From positions 15,520-79,519 of the forward strand of contig DYJV01000001.1 in assembly GCA_020722945.1 (NCBI GenBank): DNA of 64,000 bases. Reading direction: 5' to 3'. Every line of letters starts with the position of its first letter. Position 1 is the stretch's first letter. Of the stretch, positions 8,642 to 17,731 are shown piece by piece. The position numbers were made by a program, and so were the translations under genes. The notes under the pieces are model-generated. The model worked only from the letters and a program-made list of their open reading frames with translations, was not told where the DNA came from and did no database searches. This DNA comes from Candidatus Methylomirabilis sp. Lineage in GTDB: Bacteria; DYJV01.

Positions 8642-9976
8642 ATGAAAATAAAGATTGATTACAATTTTTGTATGGAAGATATCATAGGTAAAGATGGGAT
8701 ATCACAGAAAGAAATATCCAAATTATCCCAATCTACAGAAGAAGTTCATAAAAAAATTATTAAAGAGAGAGATAATGATATTATTGGTTTTTACAAATTA
8801 CCTTTTTTAGATTGTAAAGATATTAAAAATAAAGCAAAAATTTTTCGAGAAAATTATAAAACTTGTGTCCTGATTGGAATAGGTGGTTCAGCATTAGGGG
8901 CAAATGCTATTTTTACTTCATTGTCAAAATTTTTTGATAATAGACTTTTTATTATTGATAATGTTGATCCAGATATATTTTATGAATTGATCGATAAGAT
9001 AAATATCAAAGAAACTTTTTTTGTTGTAGTTAGTAAATCTGGTGGCACAGCAGAAACAATCAGTAATTTTTTGGTTTTTCGAAAGTATTTGATTGATAAT
9101 CTTGGTTTTGAAGAGTATAAAAAGAGAGTTGTTATAATTACTGACTCTAAAAAGGGACCACTTAGAGAGTTAGTTTTATCTGAAAATTTAGAAAGTTTCT
9201 CTATCCCTGAAAATGTTGGGGGAAGATTTTCAGTTTTATCTGCTGCTGGGTTGTTTCCTTTAAGTTTTGTTGGAATAGATATAGAGCTAATCCTTGAAGG
9301 TGCAATATATATGAGTAATATCCTCCAAAATGATAATATTTTTGAGAATCCATCATATCTTCTTGGCTCCATACACTATTTAGCGTATCATAAAGGTAAA
9401 TCTATAAATGTTTTTATGCCATATTCCTCTAAGCTACATAAAATTGCTGATTGGTTTATCCAACTATGGGCAGAAAGTCTTGGGAAAGAGCTTATAGGGA
9501 TTACACCTCTCAAAGCAATTGGAGCTACTGACCAGCACTCTCAGTTACAGCTTTTTATGGAGGGTTCAAAAGATAAGCTCGTTACTTTTATTCAGATTGA
9601 GAAATTTAAAAATGATATACTGATTCCAGAGCAAGATATAAGTTCCAAATATAAATATCTGTTTAATCATTCTATGGGAGAGTTACTTAATAATGAGTGT
9701 AATGCTACTAAGGCTGCTCTTGCTATCAATGGTATTATGAATTATACTATTTTGCTTGAAGACCTAAATCCATTTATATTGGGAGAGTTACTTTTTATGT
9801 TTCAGGTGATGACTCATTATACAGGATATTTATTTGAAATTAATCCTTTCAATCAGCCAGGGGTTGAATTAGGTAAAGAATTTACCTACTCTATAATGGG
9901 AAGAGATAATTATGCAGAAAGACATCATGAGTATCTTAATTTGATAAGCAGAAGTAAAAAAGAGTATATCTTATAG
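8642..9976 (+). CDS. pgi: Glucose-6-phosphate isomerase (short bacterial/archaeal type)
   Basis: SIS-domain motifs GIGGSALG, VVSKSGGTAETI and GGRFSVLSAAGL, plus the catalytic-region motif TDQHSQLQLFMEG. Confidence 0.85.
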   Translation: MKIKIDYNFCMEDIIGKDGISQKEISKLSQSTEEVHKKIIKERDNDIIGFYKLPFLDCKDIKNKAKIFRENYKTCVLIGIGGSALGANAIFTSLSKFFDNRLFIIDNVDPDIFYELIDKINIKETFFVVVSKSGGTAETISNFLVFRKYLIDNLGFEEYKKRVVIITDSKKGPLRELVLSENLESFSIPENVGGRFSVLSAAGLFPLSFVGIDIELILEGAIYMSNILQNDNIFENPSYLLGSIHYLAYHKGKSINVFMPYSSKLHKIADWFIQLWAESLGKELIGITPLKAIGATDQHSQLQLFMEGSKDKLVTFIQIEKFKNDILIPEQDISSKYKYLFNHSMGELLNNECNATKAALAINGIMNYTILLEDLNPFILGELLFMFQVMTHYTGYLFEINPFNQPGVELGKEFTYSIMGRDNYAERHHEYLNLISRSKKEYIL

Positions 9977-9989
9977 TCCGGAGTATTTT

Positions 9990-12900
9990 ATGAATGATGA
10001 GTTTTCAGAATTTTTTTCTGATTTTTTAGTTGAAGCAGAAGAGCATATAACCAATATAAATAATTACCTATTAGAGATAGAAAGTCAGTTTAAGCAGGGA
10101 GAAGAGACCAGTTATGAGAGAATAAATGCTATTTTTAGAGCTGTTCATACTATAAAAGGCCTTTCTGGAATGCTTGGTTTTGAACCTCTTCAAAAACTTG
10201 CTCATGCTATGGAAGATCTTATGGGTGAAGTTAGAGAAGGAAAGAAAAAGCTTTCTGAGCCTATATTTAATATTCTTTTTTTATCTTCTGATCGGATAAA
10301 TCAGATGTTAGAAGAGATTAAGCTAAAAGGTTCTACTACTACTTCCCCTGACGATATTGTTAATAATTTAAGAGAAATAATAAGTAATAACATTGAGAAA
10401 AAAGAATCACCATCTCCAGAGTCTATAAATCTTGATTTTATTGATTTTAAAATCCCTATTGATGATTTAAAAATTACAGAGATAGAGAGTGCTCTTTTAA
10501 GAGATGTAATTAGTAAAGATTTAAATGTTTTTATGGTAGTTAAAGAGATTGCAGGTGGAATTTCAGAGGATAAATTTAATAAACTGCCAATATTTAAAGA
10601 TATAGATAATTGTGCTGACCTAATATTATATAGACCCACAATAGAAAATATTATATTATCTAAAAAAGACTCTATTTTTTGTTACTTTATATTTTCATCA
10701 AATGAAAGTTTTGATACTATCAAAGATAAATTTTTTGATGAGATAAAAGTTTTGAGAGTCTCTCTTAATTTAGATAATAAAAAGATTCAGGAGAGTAAAA
10801 TGGCTGAAGAATCAAATTTTGAAGTATTCAGATTAAAGGATGCAGGTTTTGATGAATCAATAGTTGCAGAATTTTTTGAGGAAGTTGATGAGCTCGTAGA
10901 AAGTCTTGATATGAATCTTCTTGAGCTTGAGAAATCTCCTCAGGATTCAGAAACATTGAATGCTATTTTTAGAGTTGCACATACGATTAAAGGTGCATCT
11001 TCAATGTTTGGGTTTGAACCTATTGTTAAGCTTACCCACTCTATGGAGAATCTCTTTGATAACCTTAGAAAAGGTTCTTTGATTGTTAACTCACAGATTA
11101 TGGATATATTTTTTCAAGGGGTTGACCTTTTAAAATCGATGCTCTCCTCTTTAAAAAATAAAGGGATAATAGACCAAAATTTTATCCCTATTGTAAAAAA
11201 TATTAATGATATACTCAACAATAAAGGGGGATCTATCCCATCATCAAAAAGCGAAGCTGATATTTCTGAGGTAAAAGATAGTAGTAAATCTCTAAATTCT
11301 TCTAATGGACTTGACATTGATCTTGACCCAGAGTTTTACAATGCTCTTTCGGAAAAAGAGATAAATTTCATTGGTGAGGAGATAGCGAAGGGGAATTATA
11401 TATATGAAGTTGATATTATCTACCCTCAAGATGTTTTACAGACAACCTTTAAGCCATTTGAGGGATTGTTTACCGGAATAGAAATAGTTGGTGAATTGAT
11501 ATCTGTTTTACCTGATATTGGTAAAGTTCCTGAACTTTCAGATTACGACATAGAGAAATTTTACATTTCATTAAAAGTTATAATATCATCTAATCTTTCA
11601 TTTGAATCTTTTAAATCAATGCTTGCAGGGTTTTCCGATACAATGGAGATGAATTTTAAAGAATTGAATAAGAGAAAAGATGACCATATAAAAATGATGA
11701 ATATCGAAGATAAAAAAGATATAAAAATTCAAAATTCTAAACCTCAGGAGCCAATTATTGTGAAACAAGATAGTCCAATATTAAAACAGGAGGCTCCTTC
11801 AGATTCACAAGGGAAAGATAAAGCTGATTCCTCCGCTTCTAAAAAATCTGGAGCTAATACAATAAGAGTGGATTTAGAGAGACTTGATAAATTGTTAAAT
11901 TTAGTCGGAGAATTTGTTATTGATAGGACAAGATTTGCACAAATAAGTCAGGAGCTTAGAGAAAAATTCCCGCATGATCCTCTAATTGTTCAATTGAATG
12001 AAACCAACCAGATATTTGGTAGACATATGAATGAGATACAAGAAGTCATAATGAGTGTCAGGATGATACCTATTGGCAATACTTTTAACAAATACCCAAG
12101 AATAGTGAGAGATTTAGCAAAAGATAGTGAAAAGGAGATAAATCTTGAAATAAGTGGGCAGGAGACAGAACTTGATAAAACTCTTGTTGAGGAGATAGGT
12201 GACCCTTTGGTTCACTTGATAAGAAATGCCATTGATCACGGAATTGAAAAGCCTGAGGAGAGAATAAAAAAGGGTAAACCTAAACAGGGCACAATTAAGC
12301 TTTCAGCTCATCATGAGGGTAACCATATTGTAATTACAATATCAGATGATGGCAATGGAATTGATACAGAGAGAGTGAGGTTAAAAGCTATTGAGAAGGG
12401 TTTGATAAGGGAAGATGACAATATGTCTAAAAAAGATCTTCTCAATCTTATTTTTGAACCTGGTTTTTCTACGGCTGCTAAGGTTACAAACATAAGTGGA
12501 CGTGGTGTTGGTATGGATGTTGTAAAGAGAAATATCTCCAAGTTAAAGGGGATTGTTGATATTGATACATTTGTTGGTCAGGGCACTACAATAAAAATTA
12601 AATTACCGTTAACTTTAGCTATTATTCAGGTTTTAATGGTTCAAGTTGCAAGTGAAATATTTGCTATTCCTCTTCCATCTATTATTGAAACAATAAGAAT
12701 AGCAAAAAATGAGATACAGATAATAGAAAACTATGAAATGATTACATTGAGAGATTCTGTATTGCCTATTGCAAGAATTAAAGATATTTTTGAGTTAGAT
12801 GATAAATCAAATAAAGGCTCCCTTTCTTATAATAATGAACTTGAACTTGATGAAAGTGGAAAATATTTTATTGTTATTGTAGGACTTGCAGAGCAGAGAG

Positions 12901-13085
12901 TTGGTTTGATAGTTGACCGTCTTATTACCCAGCAAGAGGTAGTTATTAAATCTTTAGGAGCTCTGCTCAAAAATTCCCGAGGTATTGCTGGAGCAACTAT
13001 ACTTGGTAATGGTAAAGTTGCACTTATTTTAGATATTGGTGAAGTTATAGAAGGTCTTAAAAGTATTGGAGTTGCAACTTTTTAG
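9990..13085 (+). CDS. cheA: Chemotaxis histidine kinase CheA, long form with two HPt (P1) domains
   Basis: Two HPt phospho-His motifs: AVHTIKGLSGMLGF near aa 50 and VAHTIKGASSMFGF near aa 330. P3 dimerisation region IRVDLERLDKLLNLVGEFVI. HATPase motifs LVHLIRNAIDHGIE, DDGNGID and GRGVGMDVV. C-terminal CheW-like P5 domain. Confidence 0.9.
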   Translation: MNDEFSEFFSDFLVEAEEHITNINNYLLEIESQFKQGEETSYERINAIFRAVHTIKGLSGMLGFEPLQKLAHAMEDLMGEVREGKKKLSEPIFNILFLSSDRINQMLEEIKLKGSTTTSPDDIVNNLREIISNNIEKKESPSPESINLDFIDFKIPIDDLKITEIESALLRDVISKDLNVFMVVKEIAGGISEDKFNKLPIFKDIDNCADLILYRPTIENIILSKKDSIFCYFIFSSNESFDTIKDKFFDEIKVLRVSLNLDNKKIQESKMAEESNFEVFRLKDAGFDESIVAEFFEEVDELVESLDMNLLELEKSPQDSETLNAIFRVAHTIKGASSMFGFEPIVKLTHSMENLFDNLRKGSLIVNSQIMDIFFQGVDLLKSMLSSLKNKGIIDQNFIPIVKNINDILNNKGGSIPSSKSEADISEVKDSSKSLNSSNGLDIDLDPEFYNALSEKEINFIGEEIAKGNYIYEVDIIYPQDVLQTTFKPFEGLFTGIEIVGELISVLPDIGKVPELSDYDIEKFYISLKVIISSNLSFESFKSMLAGFSDTMEMNFKELNKRKDDHIKMMNIEDKKDIKIQNSKPQEPIIVKQDSPILKQEAPSDSQGKDKADSSASKKSGANTIRVDLERLDKLLNLVGEFVIDRTRFAQISQELREKFPHDPLIVQLNETNQIFGRHMNEIQEVIMSVRMIPIGNTFNKYPRIVRDLAKDSEKEINLEISGQETELDKTLVEEIGDPLVHLIRNAIDHGIEKPEERIKKGKPKQGTIKLSAHHEGNHIVITISDDGNGIDTERVRLKAIEKGLIREDDNMSKKDLLNLIFEPGFSTAAKVTNISGRGVGMDVVKRNISKLKGIVDIDTFVGQGTTIKIKLPLTLAIIQVLMVQVASEIFAIPLPSIIETIRIAKNEIQIIENYEMITLRDSVLPIARIKDIFELDDKSNKGSLSYNNELELDESGKYFIVIVGLAEQRVGLIVDRLITQQEVVIKSLGALLKNSRGIAGATILGNGKVALILDIGEVIEGLKSIGVATF

Positions 13086-13108
13086 ATAAAAAAAGGGAGG
13101 GTATTTAA

Positions 13109-13444
13109 GTGGATATTAAAAAAAATGTAGAAGGTAGTATTTTTATAATTCAAATTGATGGGAATCTAATTCTTTCTGATCTTAAAGAGGCAAGAGATTT
13201 TGTAAAAAATTGCATTGATAACGAAAATGCTACCGAAATAATTTTTAATCTTGATAATGTTGATTTTATAGATTCTGCAGGTATAGGTTTTATTGTATCT
13301 GTTTTTAAATCTATAAAATCGAGAAATGGTAAATTTGGACTTGCATGTCTTAAATCAAAGCCTAAAGAAGTCTTTAAACTGACAAGGCTTGATAAAATTA
13401 TCCCTATTTATGATAATGTAGAGAGGGCAAAGCAGGAGCTTTAA
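13109..13444 (+). CDS. STAS-domain anti-sigma-factor antagonist (SpoIIAA/RsbV-like)
   Basis: 111 aa. VDFIDSAGIGFIV keeps the phosphorylatable Ser of the DS(S/T)G motif. GTG start with GGGAGGG upstream. Confidence 0.8.
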   Translation: MDIKKNVEGSIFIIQIDGNLILSDLKEARDFVKNCIDNENATEIIFNLDNVDFIDSAGIGFIVSVFKSIKSRNGKFGLACLKSKPKEVFKLTRLDKIIPIYDNVERAKQEL

Positions 13445-13445
13445 G

Positions 13446-13943
13446 ATGATAGAGGAGAATATAAATAATCTTTTAAAGAGTGAAGATTTTGAGACAAAGA
13501 TTAAATTTGATAATAGGGTTCAGATGGTTGGCTTCAAACTTGGCAATGAAGAGTATATGGTTGAAATCAATAAAATCCGTGAGATTATTATGACTGCTGA
13601 AATTACCTATGTGCCAAGAGTTTCTGCTTACTTTGAAGGAGTTATAAATCTTAGAGGTCGAATAGTCCCTATAATAAATCTCAGAAAGAAGTTAAATATG
13701 CCCATTCAGGAAATTACCAGAACTACAAGAATTTTAATTATGGAAATACTTGATATGAGTGTAGGTTTTATTGTTGATAGAATTACTAAGGTTATTATTA
13801 TTCCTGAAAAAAATATAGATGCTACACCTACAACTTTTGGAAGTATTGCTGCAGAGTTCATAACTGGAGTGGGAAGATTTGAAAACAAAATAATTGGGTG
13901 GATAAATGTAGAAAAAATAATTGAAGATTGCATGGTAAAATAA
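13446..13943 (+). CDS. cheW: Chemotaxis coupling protein CheW
   Basis: 165 aa with a CheW-fold signature: VGFKLGNEEYMVEINKIREI and GVINLRGRIVPIINLRKKL. Begins 1 nt after the STAS gene stop. Confidence 0.85.
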   Translation: MIEENINNLLKSEDFETKIKFDNRVQMVGFKLGNEEYMVEINKIREIIMTAEITYVPRVSAYFEGVINLRGRIVPIINLRKKLNMPIQEITRTTRILIMEILDMSVGFIVDRITKVIIIPEKNIDATPTTFGSIAAEFITGVGRFENKIIGWINVEKIIEDCMVK

Positions 13944-15385
13944 TGGAGGTTGTTTTAGGAATAGATTTTGGAACAACTAATTCAGTTGTTGCAACATTTA
14001 TTAATAACCAGCCAGCAATCATAAAAAATAAAGATGGCAATAATATTACACCTTCTGTCGTATCTTATTCTAAGGATAAAGCCTTATTAGTAGGGGATTC
14101 AGCTAAAAGGCAGATAATTATAAACCCTGAAAATACAATCTCATCAATTAAACGCTTTATTGGAGATAAAAAAAAGTTTAAAGTTGGGAATGAATTTTTA
14201 TCTCCTCACGAAATTGCTTCAAAGATATTATCATATATAAAAGAATCTGCTGAAGCTTTCTTTTCTACTCAAATTTCAAAAGCTATTATTACAGTTCCTG
14301 CATATTTTACAAATAATCAGAGAAATCTTACAAAATTAGCGGGTAAATTAGCTGGTCTTGATGTCCTTAGAATTTTGAATGAACCTACTGCTGCTGCTCT
14401 TTCATATGGGTTTGATAACAATTTTAAAGGGAATATTATGGTTTTTGACTTTGGTGGAGGAACATTTGATGTTTCTATACTTGAAGTTGAAGATGGTGTT
14501 TTTGAGGTAAAATCTACAGCAGGCAACAATTTTTTAGGTGGAGATGATTTTGATTTTAGAGTTGTTAATTTATTAATTGATGATTTTAAATCTAAATACA
14601 ATATTGATTTAAAAAATGACAAAATGGCATTTCATAAAGTAAAAGAGCAGGCAGAGAAGGCAAAGATATCCTTATCTACAAGTAAAGAAGTCTTTATAAA
14701 CATCCCTTTTATCTCTGCAGATGAGAATGGAGTTAAACATTTAGAATATTTATTGACTATAGAGGAATTTGACAAAATAACAGAAGATTTAGTTGATCAA
14801 ACATTGGTATGTGTAGAAAATGCATTAAAAGATGCTTCTATGACCCCTGCAAATATTGATAATATAATATTTGTCGGTGGCTCAACCCAAATAAAGCAAT
14901 TTTCTGATAAAATTTATCAATTTATGGGGAAACATCCTGAAAAAAATATTAACCCTATGTTTGCTGTTGCTATGGGAGCTGCTATACAAGGTAATATAAT
15001 TGCAGGGGATAAGAAAGATATAGTTTTACTTGATGTAAATTCCCTTACTCTTGGTGTTGAGACAAAAGGGAATATATTTGTCCCTATAATAAACAGATGC
15101 ACTACAATTCCTGTAAGGGAGAGTAGGCTTTTTACTACTGTGAGGGATAATCAAGATAGCGTCAACATAAATATTTATCAAGGGGAAAGCAATGATTGCT
15201 CATATAACTCTTTTATTGGGGCAATACAATTAACAAATATCCCTCCTCAACCTAAAGGTGTGCCCAGAGTAGAAGTTATTTTTGATATAGATGTTGATGG
15301 AATACTTAATATCTCTGTTATAGATCAAAAAAATGGTTGTAAGCAGGATATGACTGTTGATAATTGTTTTTTGGAGAGTCTATAA
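13943..15385 (+). CDS. Atypical Hsp70-family ATPase (nucleotide-binding domain plus beta substrate-binding domain; no helical lid)
   Basis: Motifs GIDFGTTNS, VPAYFTNNQR, ILNEPTAAAL, DFGGGTFDVS and FVGGSTQI, then SBD-beta (LLDVNSLTLGVETKG ... INIYQGE). About 480 aa versus about 610-640 for DnaK. I place the start at ATG 13943, which shares one base with the cheW stop (TAATG). The ORF track offers 13928. Confidence 0.85.
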   Translation: MEVVLGIDFGTTNSVVATFINNQPAIIKNKDGNNITPSVVSYSKDKALLVGDSAKRQIIINPENTISSIKRFIGDKKKFKVGNEFLSPHEIASKILSYIKESAEAFFSTQISKAIITVPAYFTNNQRNLTKLAGKLAGLDVLRILNEPTAAALSYGFDNNFKGNIMVFDFGGGTFDVSILEVEDGVFEVKSTAGNNFLGGDDFDFRVVNLLIDDFKSKYNIDLKNDKMAFHKVKEQAEKAKISLSTSKEVFINIPFISADENGVKHLEYLLTIEEFDKITEDLVDQTLVCVENALKDASMTPANIDNIIFVGGSTQIKQFSDKIYQFMGKHPEKNINPMFAVAMGAAIQGNIIAGDKKDIVLLDVNSLTLGVETKGNIFVPIINRCTTIPVRESRLFTTVRDNQDSVNINIYQGESNDCSYNSFIGAIQLTNIPPQPKGVPRVEVIFDIDVDGILNISVIDQKNGCKQDMTVDNCFLESL

Positions 15386-15391
15386 TATATA

Positions 15392-16315
15392 ATGAATAGA
15401 GAACAATATTATACATGCTTAAAAACTTTGAACCTTGACAATAGTGCTTCAATAGAAGACATCAAAAGAGCATATAGACTTTTAGTGAAGAGATACCATC
15501 CAGATATTGCAGGGAAAAGTGAATTCTGTGTTAATAAATTTAGAGAAATTACTAAGGCTTACAAGATATTACTGAATGAAAGAATAGATGTTTCATGTGA
15601 AACTAATAGTAGGAATTTTGCTTCTATTGTAAATAACCTTTTTTTGAAAAATTTAAATCTTAATAATTGTTTGTCCATTTTTAAAAGGAGTAGAAAATTT
15701 GAAGATGTTAAGTTTGACAAACTTTTTCTAAAAGAGGTTGACTCGTCAGTTCTATCTTTGGGTGAGGATGAGCTTATTTTTAGGTTAGAAGGGAGTGCAA
15801 ACCTCTATGTTATGGTTGAAGCAGTAAAAGGATTATATAAGATTGCTTCTTTAGATGCTCTTATTGCAATAGTCAGTAATTATTATAAATACAGTAAAGA
15901 TTTAAAACTTTTTGTATCTTTCCTTACCAAAAAAAAGATTGATATTATATCTCAGTGGCTAAATGAAATGATATTTTACGATAACTATAATATTTTAATA
16001 TCAGTGTTATCTTATCTTTACAACATCAATGAGGATATTAAAGAGAGAAAATTAATAAAAAATTTTATAAGTGATAATATAGGTTTACTTAAATTTGAAG
16101 CATCAAAATTTTCTATTATATATAAGGGTGTTTTTTCAAGTAATGAGTTAAAATTTGGTGAAAAGTTGCTTTTTTCAAAAAAGATAGATGACCAGCAGCT
16201 TGGTGTTGCTCTTGGAGTTAAAAAAAAATTCAGCAATGTAAAGATAGGGAAAATTTTTGTAGATCTTGGATTTTTAACTTATAAAGAGCTTGAAGAGATT
16301 TTAAAAGATAGATGA
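15392..16315 (+). CDS. J-domain protein with an uncharacterised 240-aa C-terminal region
   Basis: N-terminal J domain with HPD (IEDIKRAYRLLVKRYHPDIAG ... ITKAYKILLNE). No Gly/Phe or zinc-finger region. Begins 6 nt after the Hsp70 gene. Confidence 0.8.
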   Translation: MNREQYYTCLKTLNLDNSASIEDIKRAYRLLVKRYHPDIAGKSEFCVNKFREITKAYKILLNERIDVSCETNSRNFASIVNNLFLKNLNLNNCLSIFKRSRKFEDVKFDKLFLKEVDSSVLSLGEDELIFRLEGSANLYVMVEAVKGLYKIASLDALIAIVSNYYKYSKDLKLFVSFLTKKKIDIISQWLNEMIFYDNYNILISVLSYLYNINEDIKERKLIKNFISDNIGLLKFEASKFSIIYKGVFSSNELKFGEKLLFSKKIDDQQLGVALGVKKKFSNVKIGKIFVDLGFLTYKELEEILKDR

Positions 16316-16340
16316 TCCTATAAACTTAAAAAAGGTTAAT

Positions 16341-17723
16341 ATGAAAGTAGGATTTTACAATTTTAATTATAAAAACAGTAATTTTGAAGTTTATAAAATA
16401 AAAGATATAGATGAATTGCAAAAAAAAGATATTGATTACCTTTTTATTTTTGCTGATAATGAACAAGAATTTCAAAATATATTGTCAAAATTATTTACTC
16501 AATCTTTAGAAGTAAAGTTTATACCTATATTAGAAAGAAAAAACCTTAAATTAATATCAAAATTTCTTTCTATGGGAGCAGTTACATTTATTTCTGAACC
16601 TTATGTTGAGAATATTGAAAAGAATTTATTACTACTTTCCAAGATAGATAAGCCTGAAAAACTTTCACCTTTTGTTGAAGAATTTGAAGGTATTATTGCC
16701 AAAAGTAACAAGATGTTTGATGTTTTTAGCACAATTAAAAAAGTTGCAAATAGTAGTTCTACTGTTTTGATAACAGGTAGTAGTGGGACTGGTAAAGAGC
16801 TTGTTGCTAAAGCACTTCATAATAGAAGTAGCAGGCGTGATAAACCTTTTGTTCCTATCAATTGTGGTGCTATCCCTGAAAATTTATTGGAGAGTGAATT
16901 ATTTGGTTTTGCAAAAGGTTCTTTTACAGGTGCAAACTCAAATAAAGTTGGTAAATTGCAAATTGCAGATAAAGGGACACTATTTCTTGATGAGATAGGG
17001 GAAATGCCACTGCAGTTACAGGTAAAGTTATTAAGATTTCTTCAAGAAGGTGAAGTCCAGCCGATTGGTTTTGATAAACCTATAAAAGTAGATGTAAGAG
17101 TCGTTGCAGCTACAAACAAAAATTTAGGAGTTCTTATAAAGAATAAACTTTTTAGAGAGGATCTCTTCTTCAGACTGAATGTCATACACATTGACCTTCC
17201 TGATTTAAAAGATAGAGATGGTGATATCATGCTTCTTGCTGAATATTTTTTTAAGAAATTTACCAAAAAAAATCAGAAAGAGGAGCTTCTTGATGGAATC
17301 TCTGATGAAGCTATCTATATTATGGAAAATTACAGTTGGAATGGGAATGTCAGAGAGCTTGAGAATACAATAGAACGCCTTGTTATTCTGAAAGATTCTG
17401 GCTCTATACTCCCTTCAGATTTGCCTGCAAGATTTTTTGATAATTTTGATGATAGTGCAGAGTCTCTTGCTATTAGAAACGAGGATAATGATTTAGAATC
17501 TTTATCTTCAGATAGAAACTTCGAGGAGAAAGAATATCTTAATTCTATAATAAAAATTAGCAATGAGGGGATTGATCTTAACAATATAATTGAAAATCTT
17601 GAAACCAATCTTATTATTCAGGCATTAGAAAAAGCTGGAGGTGTAAAAGAGAAAGCAGCAAAACTCCTTAATATTAAAAGGACTACACTAATTGAAAAAT
17701 TAAAACGTAAAAATCTTATGTAA
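16341..17723 (+). CDS. Sigma-54-dependent transcriptional activator (bEBP) with a degenerate receiver-like N-terminus
   Basis: AAA+ motifs GSSGTGKE (Walker A), ESELFGFAKGSFTGA (GAFTGA variant), LFLDEIGEM (Walker B) and NVRELEN. C-terminal Fis-type HTH AAKLLNIKRTTLIEKLKR. Confidence 0.85.
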   Translation: MKVGFYNFNYKNSNFEVYKIKDIDELQKKDIDYLFIFADNEQEFQNILSKLFTQSLEVKFIPILERKNLKLISKFLSMGAVTFISEPYVENIEKNLLLLSKIDKPEKLSPFVEEFEGIIAKSNKMFDVFSTIKKVANSSSTVLITGSSGTGKELVAKALHNRSSRRDKPFVPINCGAIPENLLESELFGFAKGSFTGANSNKVGKLQIADKGTLFLDEIGEMPLQLQVKLLRFLQEGEVQPIGFDKPIKVDVRVVAATNKNLGVLIKNKLFREDLFFRLNVIHIDLPDLKDRDGDIMLLAEYFFKKFTKKNQKEELLDGISDEAIYIMENYSWNGNVRELENTIERLVILKDSGSILPSDLPARFFDNFDDSAESLAIRNEDNDLESLSSDRNFEEKEYLNSIIKISNEGIDLNNIIENLETNLIIQALEKAGGVKEKAAKLLNIKRTTLIEKLKRKNLM

Positions 17724-17731
17724 TCGAAATA

